In this document: positions 46,439-60,597 of the stretch, in pieces
How the letters are laid out: every line of letters begins with the position of its first letter
Position numbering within the stretch: the first letter of the stretch is position 1
From: the human T2T-CHM13v2.0 reference genome, Homo sapiens
Direction: 5' to 3' (one strand)
NCBI RefSeq assembly: GCF_009914755.1
Contig: NC_060931.1
DNA length: 64,000 bases
The notes under the pieces: model-generated
Told to the model about the DNA's origin: nothing
What the model saw: the letters and a program-made list of their open reading frames with translations, nothing else
Databases searched by the model: none
Translations under genes and position numbers: made by a program

Positions 46439-49160
46439 AGCTGATCATGTCAAGTTATTTAAAGTCAGAAGACTTACCAATTGATCCTGCGCTGGCAGAA
46501 TTTTATCAGTTTGGGGAACTAACTGGGGCCTGATCATCACTGGTAAAAATATGTGCTATATAATGATAATTTCTTTGTCTTATGAAAACACTAAAATTCC
46601 TAGGAGAACTGGCTAACTCATATTTATTGTCTGCATTGTAGGAATTATGTAGAACCAGAAAATAAGAAATACCTCTGTACAATTGTGTGTGTGTGTCTGT
46701 GTATGCATGTGGGTATCACCAAAAAATATTAAAATATTTTCCAAACAAAACTAAGCATGTGACTTAATATTAATTCTGTTGGTCTTCATGCCCATTAAGA
46801 TGTTCTTAATCAGTGGATCTCTGTGTTACAAAGGTGGTTCTGGATAGGGATTAGCAAGATTAATATGTTGAAGGGAAATATAAAAATGAAGCTGTGTTCT
46901 TCCTAACATTATGAGGAAGCATACTTGAACCCTAATAAAATTCTAAAAGAATTTTCCTCTTTTCAGTTTCCCTAAATGTACTGCTATCTCTGACCCTCAT
47001 CATCCTGGCATTTAAGTCACAATGCTGACAAAATCTAATCAGGAAATGGCAACCTATAAATTTTGTGGACCAATGTAAAAGGGCTCCCTTTATCATAATA
47101 TGATAATATCATAATATCAAATATACCCGGGGTCCCCAACCCTTGGGCCACAGGCAAGTACACACTTTTTTGGGGAGATTGCAAAAATAAAGGGAAAAGC
47201 CACAAACGCAGAAAAAGGAAGGGAAATTAAGATATGTAAGCTGAGTCTTCCACTTAGGTTATGGAAAATCACAACAAAAGATCACCTCCCATCACAGCAA
47301 GAACATGCTAGATGTTCTACAAAACCTAAATTTTGTAAAGACCATCAGAAAGCTGAGGTTGCAATGTAAACTAATGAAATGAAAGGCTAATGATGGACTA
47401 GTTGAGAAGAAATCCTTCCACAGGCAAGTCTGCACTCATCCACACAACCCACTCTTTTATGTGGTCTTTACTTAAAAGAGAGCTCATGAAGATTCTGAGC
47501 AGCACGGAGGCATGAAAAAGACCCTTTGTACTGCAAACAGGAGAAGTCTGCCTAAGTTTGAGGGTGAAACAGGAAAAACAAGGAAAACCCTCCCACATTC
47601 TGGATTCTGCATGAGTTTAAAGGCAAAGATCTTTTGTCACTTAAAGAGGGGCCAGCAAACACTCCCTTTACTTTCAGCCTAGCAGCAAGTACAGAGAAAT
47701 GTTATCTACAATGGAGGGAGGTCAGGACTATTGAGAAAGCCCAACCCCAGGGCATAGATATACAGAGACTAAGACTAAGGCTGAAACAAGAGAGCCAAAA
47801 GAAGTCTTCTTATGATTTAGATTCTGCCTGAGAGTGAGGTAGGAGGTCATTAGCCACAGTGGGAGGGACAAGAATTCTATTTGTATTCCAGAACTTGTAC
47901 AGAGAAGAAGACAAAGGTTTTCTCCTGCCTATACTCTTGATTATAGGTTGAACCATGAGGCAGAAGTCATCTGTTACTAAGTGAAGGGGTGGAAAACATG
48001 CACATGGTGTAAAGTCTGCAATGACTAGGAAGAAGTGTATGCTTCTGGGAAAAGAGCAGAAAAATTGAGAGTGATTTCCTCTGGGGTGTAGGTGCAGGGT
48101 GAGCCTGCACCCAATATGACTAAATGCGAAGCAAAGAACTGGACTAAGTGAGGGCTACTGCCAATGAGCAGTTAACTAGAGCTTTTCTATGAGAGAGAAT
48201 ATCAAGTAAGGAGGAATATTCTAAGACAAAGCACCTGGCTAAGAAGCTGGAAAAGACAGATGGAGTGATAAAGAAACGGATGCATTTTGCAAAGAGCAGC
48301 TGGCTAGAGTAGAGGAAAGGAACTCAGAGTTCTGCAAGGTCACCACTCAACATAATTAGAAAGCTGCTGAAGAGGTGGCAGGAAAGTTCAAGTGCGTAAG
48401 TCTCATCCAGTCTTTACTGATCCATATGCCACAATTCTCCAGTATTATCACCAGAACACCCCAAAACTCTCAGCTGCTCTGCTCTGGCCAACCAGTATAG
48501 ACAGAGCATGCTTGTGAAGGGAAGATAAAATGAACTTTTAGAGCATGCAAAATTTCTTCAACATTAATTCAAGGGATGCAACATATTTTTTTTCCTAGTA
48601 AGAAAATAACCTATTTGAAGAGAAGAGCATCAAAAAGTATTATGTAGCAGATTCAACAGAATTATATTACATCTTAATCAGCAACAGTTTAAAAAGCCAA
48701 GGCCTAGATCAGGGATCAGTCATCAAAGAACACTCTTCAATATTAATAAACCTCATTTACGGTGATTAAAAGAGAAGGACAGCTCTCTCCACATTTTTGT
48801 ATTTTTAACTTAACTTCTACTGATTATAAATTATTTCTCTTGTAATTCAGCTCCATCATTCGGTGAACCTACATTCTAGCAAATTTGGAGTTTGGGTGGC
48901 AGGGGCTAATAGGAATGGAAAGAGGAGGAGGCAAACAATCTTGGGGCAACAGTGCTATGTGGAATTGTCTAGACTGTGGCATGTTGATTTTCTCTCTTTT
49001 GCTTTTTTCCTTTGATTACTTAAGAGCTATCTCATTTTAACTTCTAATAGTGATCATGCAAACAAAAAGACAAAAAGGAGAAAAGATGTACCTTTTTACT
49101 GGAATAGTATTTATGATTAAAAGTCAAACAAGGCATTTTTGTCAATATAAAGGCAATTTT

Positions 49161-49972
49161 AGCCAGGCACAATGGCTTACACCTATAATCCCAGCACTTT
49201 GAGAGGTCAAGGTGGGCAGATCACCTGAGGTCAGGAGTTTGAGACCAGACTGGCCAACATGGCGAAAGCCTGTGTCTACTGAAAATACAAAAATTAACCG
49301 CGTGTGGTGGCGAGCACCTGTAATCCCAGCTACCTGGGAGACTGAGGCAGGAGAATTGCTTGAACTCGGAGGCAGAGGTTGCAGTGACCTGAGATGGTGC
49401 CACTGCATTCCAGCCTGGGTGACAGAGCAAGACTCCATTGCTGAGACCAGCTCATTCGGAGAGACTCTAACCCAGCGGCGCTGGAGGAATTAAAGACACA
49501 CGCACAGAAATATAGAGGTGTGAAGTGGGAAATCGGGGTCTCACAGCCTTCAGAGCTGACAGCCCCGAACAGAGATTTACCCACATATTTATTAACAGCA
49601 AACCAGTCATTAGCATTGTTTCTATAGATATTAAATTAACTAAAAGTATCCCTTAAGGGAAACGAAGGGATGGGCCGACTTAATTGAAGCAGGAACACGC
49701 CCTTAAGACACAGATCGCTCATGCTAATTGTCTGTGGCTTAAGAATGCCTTTAAGTGGTTTTCCGCCCTGGGCAGGCCAGGTGTTCCTTGCCCTCGTTCC
49801 TGTAAACCCACAACCTTCCAGCTTGGGCATTAGGGCCATTATGGACAGGCTATAGTGCTGCAGAGATTTTATTTATGGCCAGTCTTGGGGCCAGTTTATG
49901 GCCAGATTTGGGGGGGCTTGCTCCCAACACTCCATCTCAAAAATAAATAATTAATTAATTAATTTTAAAAAA
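49161..49972 (+). mobile_element. AluSx/Sz interrupted near its 3' end by a MER9 LTR
   Basis: Alu body 49161-49438, resuming ctcaaaaataaat... after 49935. Degenerate TSD aagg(c/g)aatttt. Confidence 0.92.
49439..49929 (-). mobile_element. MER9 solo LTR of HERV-K(HML-3)/HERVK9
   Basis: The minus strand begins TGTTGGGAGCAAGCCCCCCCAAATCTGGCCATAAACTGGCCCC and ends ...CTCAGCA. It is 491 bp with a perfect 6-bp TSD ctccat (49433-49438 / 49930-49935). Confidence 0.93.
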
Positions 49973-50727
49973 TTAAGGGAATTTTGGCTTACACAACTTC
50001 TCCTTTACCATAAATACTGTTATATTCACGCCATTCACTATCAATAATAAATGTTTTGTGATGAATATTGGCATTGTAAAACCAAAAACTCAAAAACCCT
50101 CATCCAAAAACTTTATGGGCAACTGAAAACCCCTCCCATACATGGAACTGCACAGAGTACCAAGAGGCAGCTGTCTGCCGCTGGTAGACAAGAGCACTGA
50201 GAAAGATATAGCTCTACTCCTGTGTCCAAGTCACAGGTGCACAGAGCCTGTTTACGTGTGAAAACATACACATTGAAACAAAACTTCACACAAACACATA
50301 CTCTAGGACTTTTAGCAAGTACTACACAGTAGCAATGTACTTCTGAGATAGAAGAATACTGATAGAAAGTACTTCTGTGATGCACGCACACAGGGCCAGC
50401 TGAAGTATTAGTGTAGAGAACTAATGATAAGGTAGTGTCTATATGCAAATCAGGTACTTGAAGGCTGTGGACACTGATCTTAAATAAAGCAACAAAGACC
50501 AAATGCAGCTCAACTAGAGATTGAGTTAGCCCAACACTCGTACTTGAGGGCTCACAGAAAAAGAAGCATGTCTGTTTCTGGGTATAAATATTATATGCAT
50601 TAATCTGTACTGTTCATCTACAAACAATGTTCAGTATTTAATTTAAAAATTATTTGGCACATATAAGTCAAGAACATATTGCTCATCATCAAGAGGTATA
50701 ATAGTCAATACAACTAGATTCAGAAAT

Positions 50728-50892
50728 GGGGTGGGGGGCTAGGGGGGGATAGCATTAGGGGAAATACCTAATGTAGGTGATGGGTTGATGGGTGCAGCAA
50801 ACCACCATGGCATGTGTATATCTATGTAACAAAACTACACATTCTGCACATGTACCCCAGAACTTAAAGTATAAATAAATGAATAAATAAAA
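50728..50892 (+). mobile_element. L1PA8-like 3' tip
   Basis: G-tract, gatagcattagg...gtaccccagaacttaaagtataaataaat. Confidence 0.88.
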
Positions 50893-51878
50893 ACAAATAG
50901 CCTACATGTTAGAATTATCAGAAACTTTAACAAATAATAATATATTAAAGGATTTAGTGGAAAAAGTAATGATATACAACAAAAATGAAAAATTTTTAAA
51001 GTACTATAAAAAAGAATAAATAAAAATGCTAGAAACTAAAAACATGGTATCAAAGATAAAGAATTTTTCTGATAGTCTTATCTGCTGATTAGATATAGGA
51101 GAGGAAATAATCAATGAACTTGAATCCATGCTTATAACCTAACTAAATAAAAACACACACAAAAAAACAGTGTCAAATAACTGTAATGGAGCACTTGTGA
51201 TATTTAGCACAGTATAAAATCATTTAGCATATACACTATTGGAGTGCAAGAAGGATAAGAGAGCATGAGGTAGAAAAAAATGGAAAAGATACTATTTGAG
51301 GATTTACCAAAATTAATAAAAGATACAAAACTACAGATTCCAGAAGCTCAGAGTATCCCTAAAAGGACAGATATAATGAAAAACATGCCAAGGTACACCA
51401 TAGTCAAACTTATAAAAAATAAAGAGAAAATCTTTAATCCAACCAAGGGGATAAAAAAGAAACTTTACATACAAGAAAGCAATAATAAGAAGATAGCAGA
51501 CATTTTAGAAAAAGCATGCAACTAAATGATGTTTTTAAAGTGCTTCAATTAAAAAAGAAACTAGAAATACATATCCAAAAAATATGTTTCCTAAAAAGTA
51601 GGTAAGATGAAGAACTCATACAAAAATGTATAAATAAAACAAGACAGAGTAAATATGTTAGGAAATACAAAAGTTCCTTTAAAAGTATTCTTAACATATG
51701 ATTTTTGAATGCATCAAGTAAAATAATAAGAAATAGTTTACCATGTATACTGAAATGAAGTATATGACACCAAAACATGACATATTGAAGAGTATTAGTT
51801 GAAAATATACATTAATATTATTTTAAATGGATCATATTATAGAATTTTTTAACATAAACTGTAATAAATTTATGATGC

Positions 51879-52174
51879 GGCCAGGCACGTTGGCTCACGC
51901 CTGTAATCCCAGCACTTTGGGAGGCTGAGGCGGGCGGATCACGAGGTCAGGAGATCGAGACTGTCCTGGCTAACAAGATGAAACCCCGTCTCTACTAAAA
52001 ATACAAAAATTAGCCAGGCGTGGTGGCAGGTGCCTGTAGTCCCAGCTACTCAGGAGGCTGAGACAGGAGAATGGCATGAACCCGAGAGGTGGAGCTTTCA
52101 GTGAGCCTAGATTGCACCACTGTACTCCAGCTTGGGCAACAGAGCGAGACCCCATCTCAAAAAATAATAATAAT
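51879..52174 (+). mobile_element. AluY with (TAA)n tail
   Basis: Full dimer, Y diagnostics, degenerate TSD aataaatttatgatgc / aataattttatgttac. Confidence 0.92.
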
Positions 52175-53626
52175 AATAATTTTATGTTACATATTTTAAT
52201 GTCTAGTGCAACTATGAAAGTGACATAGGTAGACGTAACTAAATAATCAATAGAAAAGATAAAACAGAATTCTACAAATGTTAGATCTACTAAAAAGCAT
52301 ATAGAAAAAAGAGAAAAGAGAGAAAAGAGCAGATTCACCAAGTATACAGATGGTATTTTAAGTATACAGATGGTATACAGAAATACAAACATTGAAATAA
52401 TTACATTAAAGGTAAATAAATACCTAAATTAAAAGGAAAAAAATCCTGAATGAATAAAAACACAAGATCCAAATAAATGGCTTTTAAAATAAATACATTT
52501 TAAAGACACAATCTGTTTTAAATTAAATGAATAAAAAATGATATACCATACCAACACTAAGTAATAGAAAAGAGATATGACAGTACTAATATCAGACAAA
52601 GTAGACTTCAAAGGAAAGAGTATTTTGAGATGAAAAGTGGGATATTTCATAGTTATAAAAAGTTAACTAAATAACAAGATATAGCAATTCTAAATTCCTG
52701 AATATGTACGCATCTGATGCGAAAGTTCTCAAAAACACGTAGTAAAGATTGATGGAAACAAAGGGAACTATGGACCAATCACAAAATGTAAGTGCAGAAT
52801 TTTATATCTTTTCACTAGTAATTGATAAAACAAGTAGGCACAAATTTCCGTAAGGTAATACATGATTTAAGCAAAACTGTTAACCGCTTGACATAATGAT
52901 ATTTATAGAACTTGAAATACAGCAAACAGAATAAATATTTTCTGCTTTCAAGTGCACATGGTATATTTGCCAAGATAGACCATAGGCTGAGTCAGTATAA
53001 ACGTTTCTACAACTATCTTAAAAACATTTATGAAACTGTCCAAGACCTGACATCATGCAGAATATGTTCTCTGACCAAAATTGTATTAAAATAGAAATTA
53101 GTAACAATAAGATATCCAGAAAATGTGTGAATATTTAGATGTTATTGAAAGCATACTACTAAATAATATCTGGTTCCTTTAAAATATTAATAAAATTAAT
53201 AATCACTAGAAAGACTGGTGAATAATATAGAATACACAGATTGCCAATATCAGGTTTAAATGAGGTAACATTGCATTAGATGCTTCAAATATCAAAAGAA
53301 TAAAAAGAAAATTTTTGGAACAATGTTTCGACAATTAAAAAGCTAATTTAAATAAAATGTGAAACAATCTTGAAAGAAACACATTACCAAAACTCACTCA
53401 GAAAAGAAAAAAAAATCTATTTTGTCTTATATATCTTGCATAAACTGAATTCATGATTTAACAAGTTCCGACAACAACCAGAAAAAATACTCCAGGAAAA
53501 CATGGCTTCAGTGGTGACTCTAGTATTTTAGGAATATGTAATATTAATTGTATGCACAGTCTTTTAGAAAATAGAGGATAAAACATTCTCTAACTCATTT
53601 TATGAGGCCATTATTACCATGGTATT

Positions 53627-53981
53627 TGTTATAGACCATAAGTTTATGTTCCCTCAAACCCCAATATAATAGTATTATGAAGTAAGTAGACTCTTTGGGA
53701 GGTGATTGGACATGAGGGCGTAGCCTTCGTGAGTGGGATTAGTGCCCTTACAAATAAGACAAGAGAGCTTGCCTCTTCTCTCTGGCCTAGGCCATGTGAG
53801 GATATAACAAAAAGATGTCCATCTGCAAACCAGGAAGAATTTCATAACTAGACACTGGATCTGTCTGCAGGCAACTTGATCTTGAACTTCCCAGCTTTCA
53901 GAACTGTTAGAAATAAATGTTTGTTAGCTAAGCCACCCAGTCTGTGGTATTCTATTATAGCAAACTGAATTGACTAAAACC
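53627..53981 (+). mobile_element. MLT1A-like MaLR solo LTR
   Basis: tgttatagac...gggaggtgattggacatgagggcgtagcc...gggattagtgccctta...aataaatgtttg...gccacccagtctgtggtattc. Confidence 0.88.
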
Positions 53982-54749
53982 ACACTAGAATGACACAAGA
54001 ACTTTGAAAGATAATACAGACCAATATCACACATGAACATAGATGCAAAGTTCATAATGAATGTTAGCAAATCAAATTCATCAATATTTCAAAATGTTAA
54101 TATAAAAACCAAGCAATATTTATCCTATGAATGTGAAGTTTAACACAATAAAATGCATAGAAGTTATTCACTACATAAAGGGAAATTAATAATGTGATCC
54201 TTTTAATAGATGCAAAAATGTATTTAATAATATAACACACTTGTATCATAATTATGTTGCTTAGTTTTCTTTACTATATGGCCATCTACCTTTATCATTA
54301 AAGGATAAGAATGCAAGGTATTGTTCTAATCTTACCTATGTTACCTCTTTGTTTATTACCTAGACTGTAAGGTAATAAAGCAGATTCACTCTTTACCACC
54401 CGCTTTGCACAATACCCTATTTGTTTTCCCATTATTATGTGTAAATGTGTAAAGTAGCATTTTTTTCTGAAATATGTATGCCATGTGCTGTCTGTTCTCA
54501 ATAAGAGCTGATTCATTACACACCCTCAAAGAACATTTTCCTTCCAAATGGATTATGTTCTCTTTAAATGGAGGAAGGTTACTGACAATCATTGTATGTG
54601 CCATGGCTGAAGTAAATGAGTTCTTGTCAGAACAAGGGGAGAAAAATAGAAATTTGGGCTAAGCCAAAACATGAGGCTGGCAAAATTTGGCCTCTGGATT
54701 CTTAGAAGTCCTCCCCATCTGTCCAGTGATTGATAGTCCTCTTTTCATC

Positions 54750-55990
54750 ATACAAAGACACTTTTGGAAGGGTCTTTTATAAGAGATACAATCACTTTGG
54801 TGTAACGTTTTCCGTAAGTATTGGATTTGCAATTAGTATTTTGTTGATGTTTAATAGCAAGACGTTGAAATATTCTATAATAATTGTCCATTTTTTCCTC
54901 CATGCAGTGGGTATCCATTTTCACTTTGTGTATTTTAATGCTCCATCATCATTATGAAGAAACCTTTCTTATTCCTGGTAAAATATCTTTGCTCTGAGAT
55001 CTAATCTGTCTTACAGTGATATGGCCCCCCTAGCTTTCTTTTGACAAGTGTTGACATAATATGTGTTCTTACATTCTTTTCTTTTGACTCATTTTGTCCT
55101 CATTTTTAAAAAAGCTTGTTTGTGTAGTCAACAGAGTTGACCTCACGCTTTTATCCAAATGAATACTCTCTGTCTTTTAATTTTGGTGTTTAGACCATTT
55201 ACATTTAATATATTATTATTATGTTTAAATTTTATTTATTATCTTGTTATTTATTTTATAATTGTCCAGTCTACCTTACCTTCTTACTTTTTTTTTTTTT
55301 TTTTTGCATTTTCTTACACTGAGTACATTTAATGATTTTCTTTTATCTCCTTTGTTGTCCTCCTGGCTAAAACACTTTATCATTTTAATGGCTGCTGTAG
55401 AGTTCATAGTATATTTTTCTTTAACTTACAGACCAGTTTCAACTGCTATTACATCCTGATAATATTTGATTGGATACAAAATATTAATTTTTCTCATTTC
55501 TGTTGGCTATTTTTTTTTGTATTGCAATACATATCCCAGTGTTTGGTACTATGATTCAGCTAGTTATGTGGAGTCAGTTTTATACTTTTATTTCCTGCTT
55601 TTATGATTTTTTTAAAGCAACTCCAAAGTAGTGCTGAATCTATGACTAATTATCCTCTACTGATGCATGACTTTTCTGAATTATCTATTCAATATCCTGT
55701 CATTTTTTTCCAGTTTTGTTAGTGAAAACAGCCACTATTCCTGGCTTTATATGAATGCTAGACACTGTTTTTCTTAAACTGTTTCAGATGATTTTTTTTT
55801 CCTAAACTGGAACAGTTTCCTCACAGAGATGCATTGTTCAGTACACTGAAAACTTGCAGCAGATCTCTGGGTTTTTTTTTCTCTACTTAAACTTGAGCAC
55901 TCAGCACTGACTAAACCAAATTTGTGGCTAGATGTCTTTAAACAAAATCTCTTCTTCCAGTTTTCTGTGTTCCTTAAAAACATTTTAACT
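54750..55990 (-). mobile_element. Ancient L1M remnants (antisense)
   Basis: ttgctctgagatctaatctgtc...ctagctttcttttgac...ggtgtttagaccatttacatttaatat (antisense of the ORF2 start). Confidence 0.6.
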
Positions 55991-57858
55991 TTGCAAACTT
56001 CCTAAACACAATTAATCTTTTAACTATTCCTGTATATTTCCAAAGCACATTGTGTGCACCCTTATTAAGAAACTCAACACTATCTTACAGAAGTGTAAGC
56101 ACTTGTCTGTCTTCGTTGAAGGGAAAAAAAAATTGATTTGTTGATTTGTACATTTTTACACTTCATAGTAAGAATAATAAGGATTAACATAGTAGCAATT
56201 AACAATATTTGTTGTTAGATAAACAATACAGAATTCTCAATCATTTCTGTAACTCAAAAATAAAAGTATAGTCCTGGAATCTAGAAGGCTAATAAAAGAA
56301 ACAGAGGTACCCCAAATTTTCAAACAGGATTCCAAAAATGAGTCAAGTGTCAATTGTTGTGAGTAAATGAATCAATTTCCTTCTCTTTATTATACAAGTT
56401 TTGTGTGCTGGTAATACCTAATATTAAATAAATATAATATGGGGTATTTATATTCAGTACTAACAGAGTATTAAAAAAACCCTCTCCTTTTTTTCCAAAA
56501 TAGCAATTTTCTCTCTCTGACACAGTTGTACTATAGTTTATGTTTGTTCTTAAATCATTTAGGACAATTTCCAAAAGGTCTTTGCTTGTAAGACAAGGCT
56601 TCACTCTAAGAAATAGGCTTTCAAGTACATAGGGTCCGAGGAAGTGAGTAGCAGGGTACGTAGCAATAAGGATTTTATAAGCCTTTCTTCCTGTCTTCTG
56701 ACCAAGGCTATCCACGCTTTAATGCTCAGATCATCTGTTGTTTATAATTTCCAGAGAACTATTGATCTTTTTTTTCTGATAACATATAGAGCATAATTAT
56801 ATTTCTTGAAATTTTCTATTTTTAGAAGGATTTGAATTATTTGTCAAAAATTGAATTCAGGTTGAGTCCACTGTTCTCCCTGTAGCTGTTTCTAATTCCG
56901 TGAGGTTCTTGTTCTTTGTGCTGAGAATATTCTCTCTTTGAAAGACCGATCTGCCTTCTTCTTCAAATCCTTAGCTTAGATGTAGTTATCTCACCACTGT
57001 CTACCATGAGCATGTTTCATTTAAAGAATGAAGCTAATGAAAGGTTTTGGCCCTTGCTCTGCAAGTGAGTAACAGTCGGCTCCAGTATTATTACGTCACA
57101 TGATAACTATGTAGTTTTCTCCATACCTGGGAAACATCTCTTATACTTGATATGGGAAGTGAAAATAATTTCAACAGATACAGATTTTAGACTGTTTAAA
57201 ATCACTTTGTATGAGTTAAGAGGATAATCTTTAAATACACTTCCAATTCAGGATTAAGCCCCAAACTTCAAGAGGTTCATTTGATTTTGGCTGTTTCTCA
57301 GTTCATTCAATATCATTAGCTGTGCTTAGTGGCAGATTCTTAAGAAGAGGTCTTACTTGCATGTAAGTCAATTGTTTTAGAGAAAATATTAATTAAAATA
57401 AGTGGTGAGTGAATTTAAATCAAGCAGGGCCATGCCTCTATTCTGAGTTTAAATCCCTGACTCATTTTTTTCTGTCTTCCTGGATACAATATAGAAATAT
57501 GTATTTGATAAATATCTCCATCCAGAAAAATGAATTCAAAATCACATTTAGAGCTTTGAACCAAATCTTTCACAGTAACAGATGCTCTTTCCTGAAACAA
57601 GCTTATTCCACCCAGTGTATTTAATAGCATCACTTTTACAAGTGAGGGGCAGGTGGGTGGAAGAACATGCATCTCATAACCTGCCTCCCTTCATACTCAT
57701 TCATATATTGCATGTTTTTCCCATTTGTGTTTTTATAAGCACACAGATTATTATACTTGCATAGCCAGGGTGATACCAGCGAGGCCTGGGGCCCAGCTTT
57801 GCAGTGACTGTGACAAGCTTGGAAAAATAACCTGGTTGACAACACATTTATCTGCTAA

Positions 57859-58155
<297 letters not shown>

Positions 58156-59610
58156 TAAGAATTAAAGGTGTCTGGGATGCTTCAAAACTCTCGTCAACCT
58201 ATGGGGAAATTTTAAAGGCAAATCTACTGTAACAATGTAAACAAATAATAACTAACTAATAGATATGTCTGAAGGGCAAATATAGTTAAACATACATAAA
58301 TTAATAACTTTTGGCCTTTGATATTTTTCTTTCCTAATATTGTTAATTTAATGTACTCTATAATGAAATGATCCCAGAATAATTCAAATACATTAGCATT
58401 TATTCTATCCAGTTGACTAAATGGATTAATATCACTTCTTAATATATTTTTTAAATTTTGTAATAATAATTTTAAAAACCATAATTAACAATATATCTTA
58501 GGGGGTGGGGAATAAGTCTTCTGAACATTTCCGTGTACACACCTGTGTCTAGTACAAATAACACGATCATTGTCTGGCTGACAAACAAGATGTAATTAAT
58601 GCAGTTAAATTTACCACACAGTGCCATTTAAATTGATAATTATAATATAACAAGTTTTATACTAATACATTCTTGTAGCTGAAAAATAGCAGTTTTACCA
58701 AAGCTTGGAACCACTGGATGTTTCAAAGTTGTTACCTGGAATGCAATTAAATTTGTGGATTGTGATTTGTGTTCATATGAATCATAATGTAAAACACTAA
58801 TGTAGCTAATTAATGTGTTTGACAGCAACCTAGTGAATTGTGAAACTTATGCCTCTGTGCCAGAATTTAAACACCTATTGCTTAAATGGAAAGTAATATA
58901 TAATAAACAGGAGTGAGTGGCTCAATTAGTTACCACAAAATATTAGACTTAAAAGGTAATTTTAAGGAAACATTTATTTTTGTAGGACCAATTATGAGTA
59001 AAAATGCAATTAATATTCAGCTTGCATGTATTTATTTATAACTTTTAGAATAATCTAATTAATTTATGAAAATACATAAAAGATAATCATATTAACAAGA
59101 AATGAGAAATTTCATATGAAGACAAAATAAAGGTACAACATGTAGCCAGAAGTAAGGTTAATACAAAAATGCATGCTCTGGGGTCTTATACAACTCTAGA
59201 AGCAACGCATACATTTGGTACTGAGCTTTCTACAGCCAACACAATGAGGGACTTACAATATGTTGTGCAAACATACTGTTAATGAGAACTCAGTCCTTGC
59301 CAAAATAGGGCTTAGAAGGAAAAGTTCTATTGTTGTTAGGGTAGCATGCAGGAAAAAATCTAGGGAAAGTGTTAATTCCTGTGATTAATAAGGAGATGCA
59401 GTAAGTCAGATCATAACAAATGGTACAAGTTCTAACATAGATATACGTCTTTAGACAGGTCCCTTAAGGGCACAACAGTAAATCTAAATAGTCTTAACAA
59501 ATATAATTTTGGTTGTTTGTTATTATGAAAGTTGTCACACTTCTACATTTCTGCTTACCCATTCTATATTTTCCTCTGGAGTAAATAACAAAGAATCAGA
59601 GGTGCCTTGC

Positions 59611-59700
59611 TGATGGCAGTGGTCATGGTGATGGTGATGATGATAATGATGGTGATGATGATAATGATGCTGATGATGATAATGATGGTGATGATGATGG
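59611..59700. repeat. Imperfect (TGA)n repeat with 18-bp higher-order unit
   Basis: tgatgatgataatgatg(g/c) repeated three times from 59635. Confidence 0.9.
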
Positions 59701-60477
59701 TTTATTTAGAAGTTCCAAGTTTGCTAGAGCTACCCATTAAGTTTCTTTCAAATAAAAAGGTCCACTCTATTAAGTTTCAGCTGTCCCTCTGGAAGCCTTA
59801 TTCACTAAACAAACACAAACCTAACCACTCCTTTTGGTGATTTGATAAAATAGGCAAACTCTCTAGGTCACAATGTGCCCATATTGTTATGGAAAAGACA
59901 AGTGTTCAGCTTTCTAGATATAGAGCCTGAAACTAGGAAAATAATTTTTTTTTATCGTCTACTGCCCATCACCTGCCTCTTAGCCAATTGCTCTCTCTGC
60001 TTAAACAGCCTCATGGTTGAAGGAAAGTCACTTAACAGAATTATTAAATACTTTATTTTAGTAGGTGAATTGACAAGTGAAAGTTAAAAATAAAATAAAA
60101 AGAAAAAATCACTGGCATTACCCTTCTCCTGGACAATCTTTTCTTTGTCCTTTTTCCTCATAATGAGGGCTTCTGAATAGGATGATCCAGGTAACACAAT
60201 TCTTCTGTGACCCTTTGGGAGAAGAGAGGTGAATTTACTGGTAGTGCATAAAATGATGGCAAAAAAATGGTAACAGATCTTATAAAGGGTCATCAAATTT
60301 GACCGTCTCTTAACTAGTTCCAGCCAACCTGTTTCCTCAGCAATAGCAGTTATTATATGGGGCTGAGGGTTTAGTCCCTCTCTGTATGTGAACTTCTTAT
60401 GTATGTAAGTTTTAGTACATCTTAATATGGAAATTTTTCCAAAATTTAAAAATTTTAGGGCCACTGATTCTGAGACT

Positions 60478-60597
60478 ATGAATTTTTTAAGTGGTGTCAT
60501 TTCTTAATGTTCCACGTTATCTAGCTCTTATATGAAGTTTTTCATATAAGAGCTGGAAAATGGAACACGAAAGAATGACACCATTTTAAAAAATCAT
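60478..60597. repeat. 120-bp imperfect inverted repeat (hairpin)
   Basis: Perfect 14-bp stem agctcttatatgaa (60523-60536) / ttcatataagagct (60541-60554) with a 4-nt loop. Outer blocks tgttcca/tggaaca and ggtgtcatt/aatgacacc also pair. Confidence 0.9.

Larger units (their letters stand above)
50400..54240 (+). mobile_element. Ancient L1M (MC/MD-like) ORF1-ORF2 remnant interrupted by L1PA, AluY and MLT1A
   Basis: ORF 51280-51525 is ORF1p-like (LQIPEAQSIPKR..PRYTIVKL). ORF2 motifs include ctaatatcagacaaagtagacttcaa, FLLSSAHGIFAKIDH and taactcattttatgaggcca. Confidence 0.8.

Noticed and set aside
59607-59840. Met-rich 77-aa ORF
   Set aside because: Translation of the (ATG/TGA)n microsatellite.
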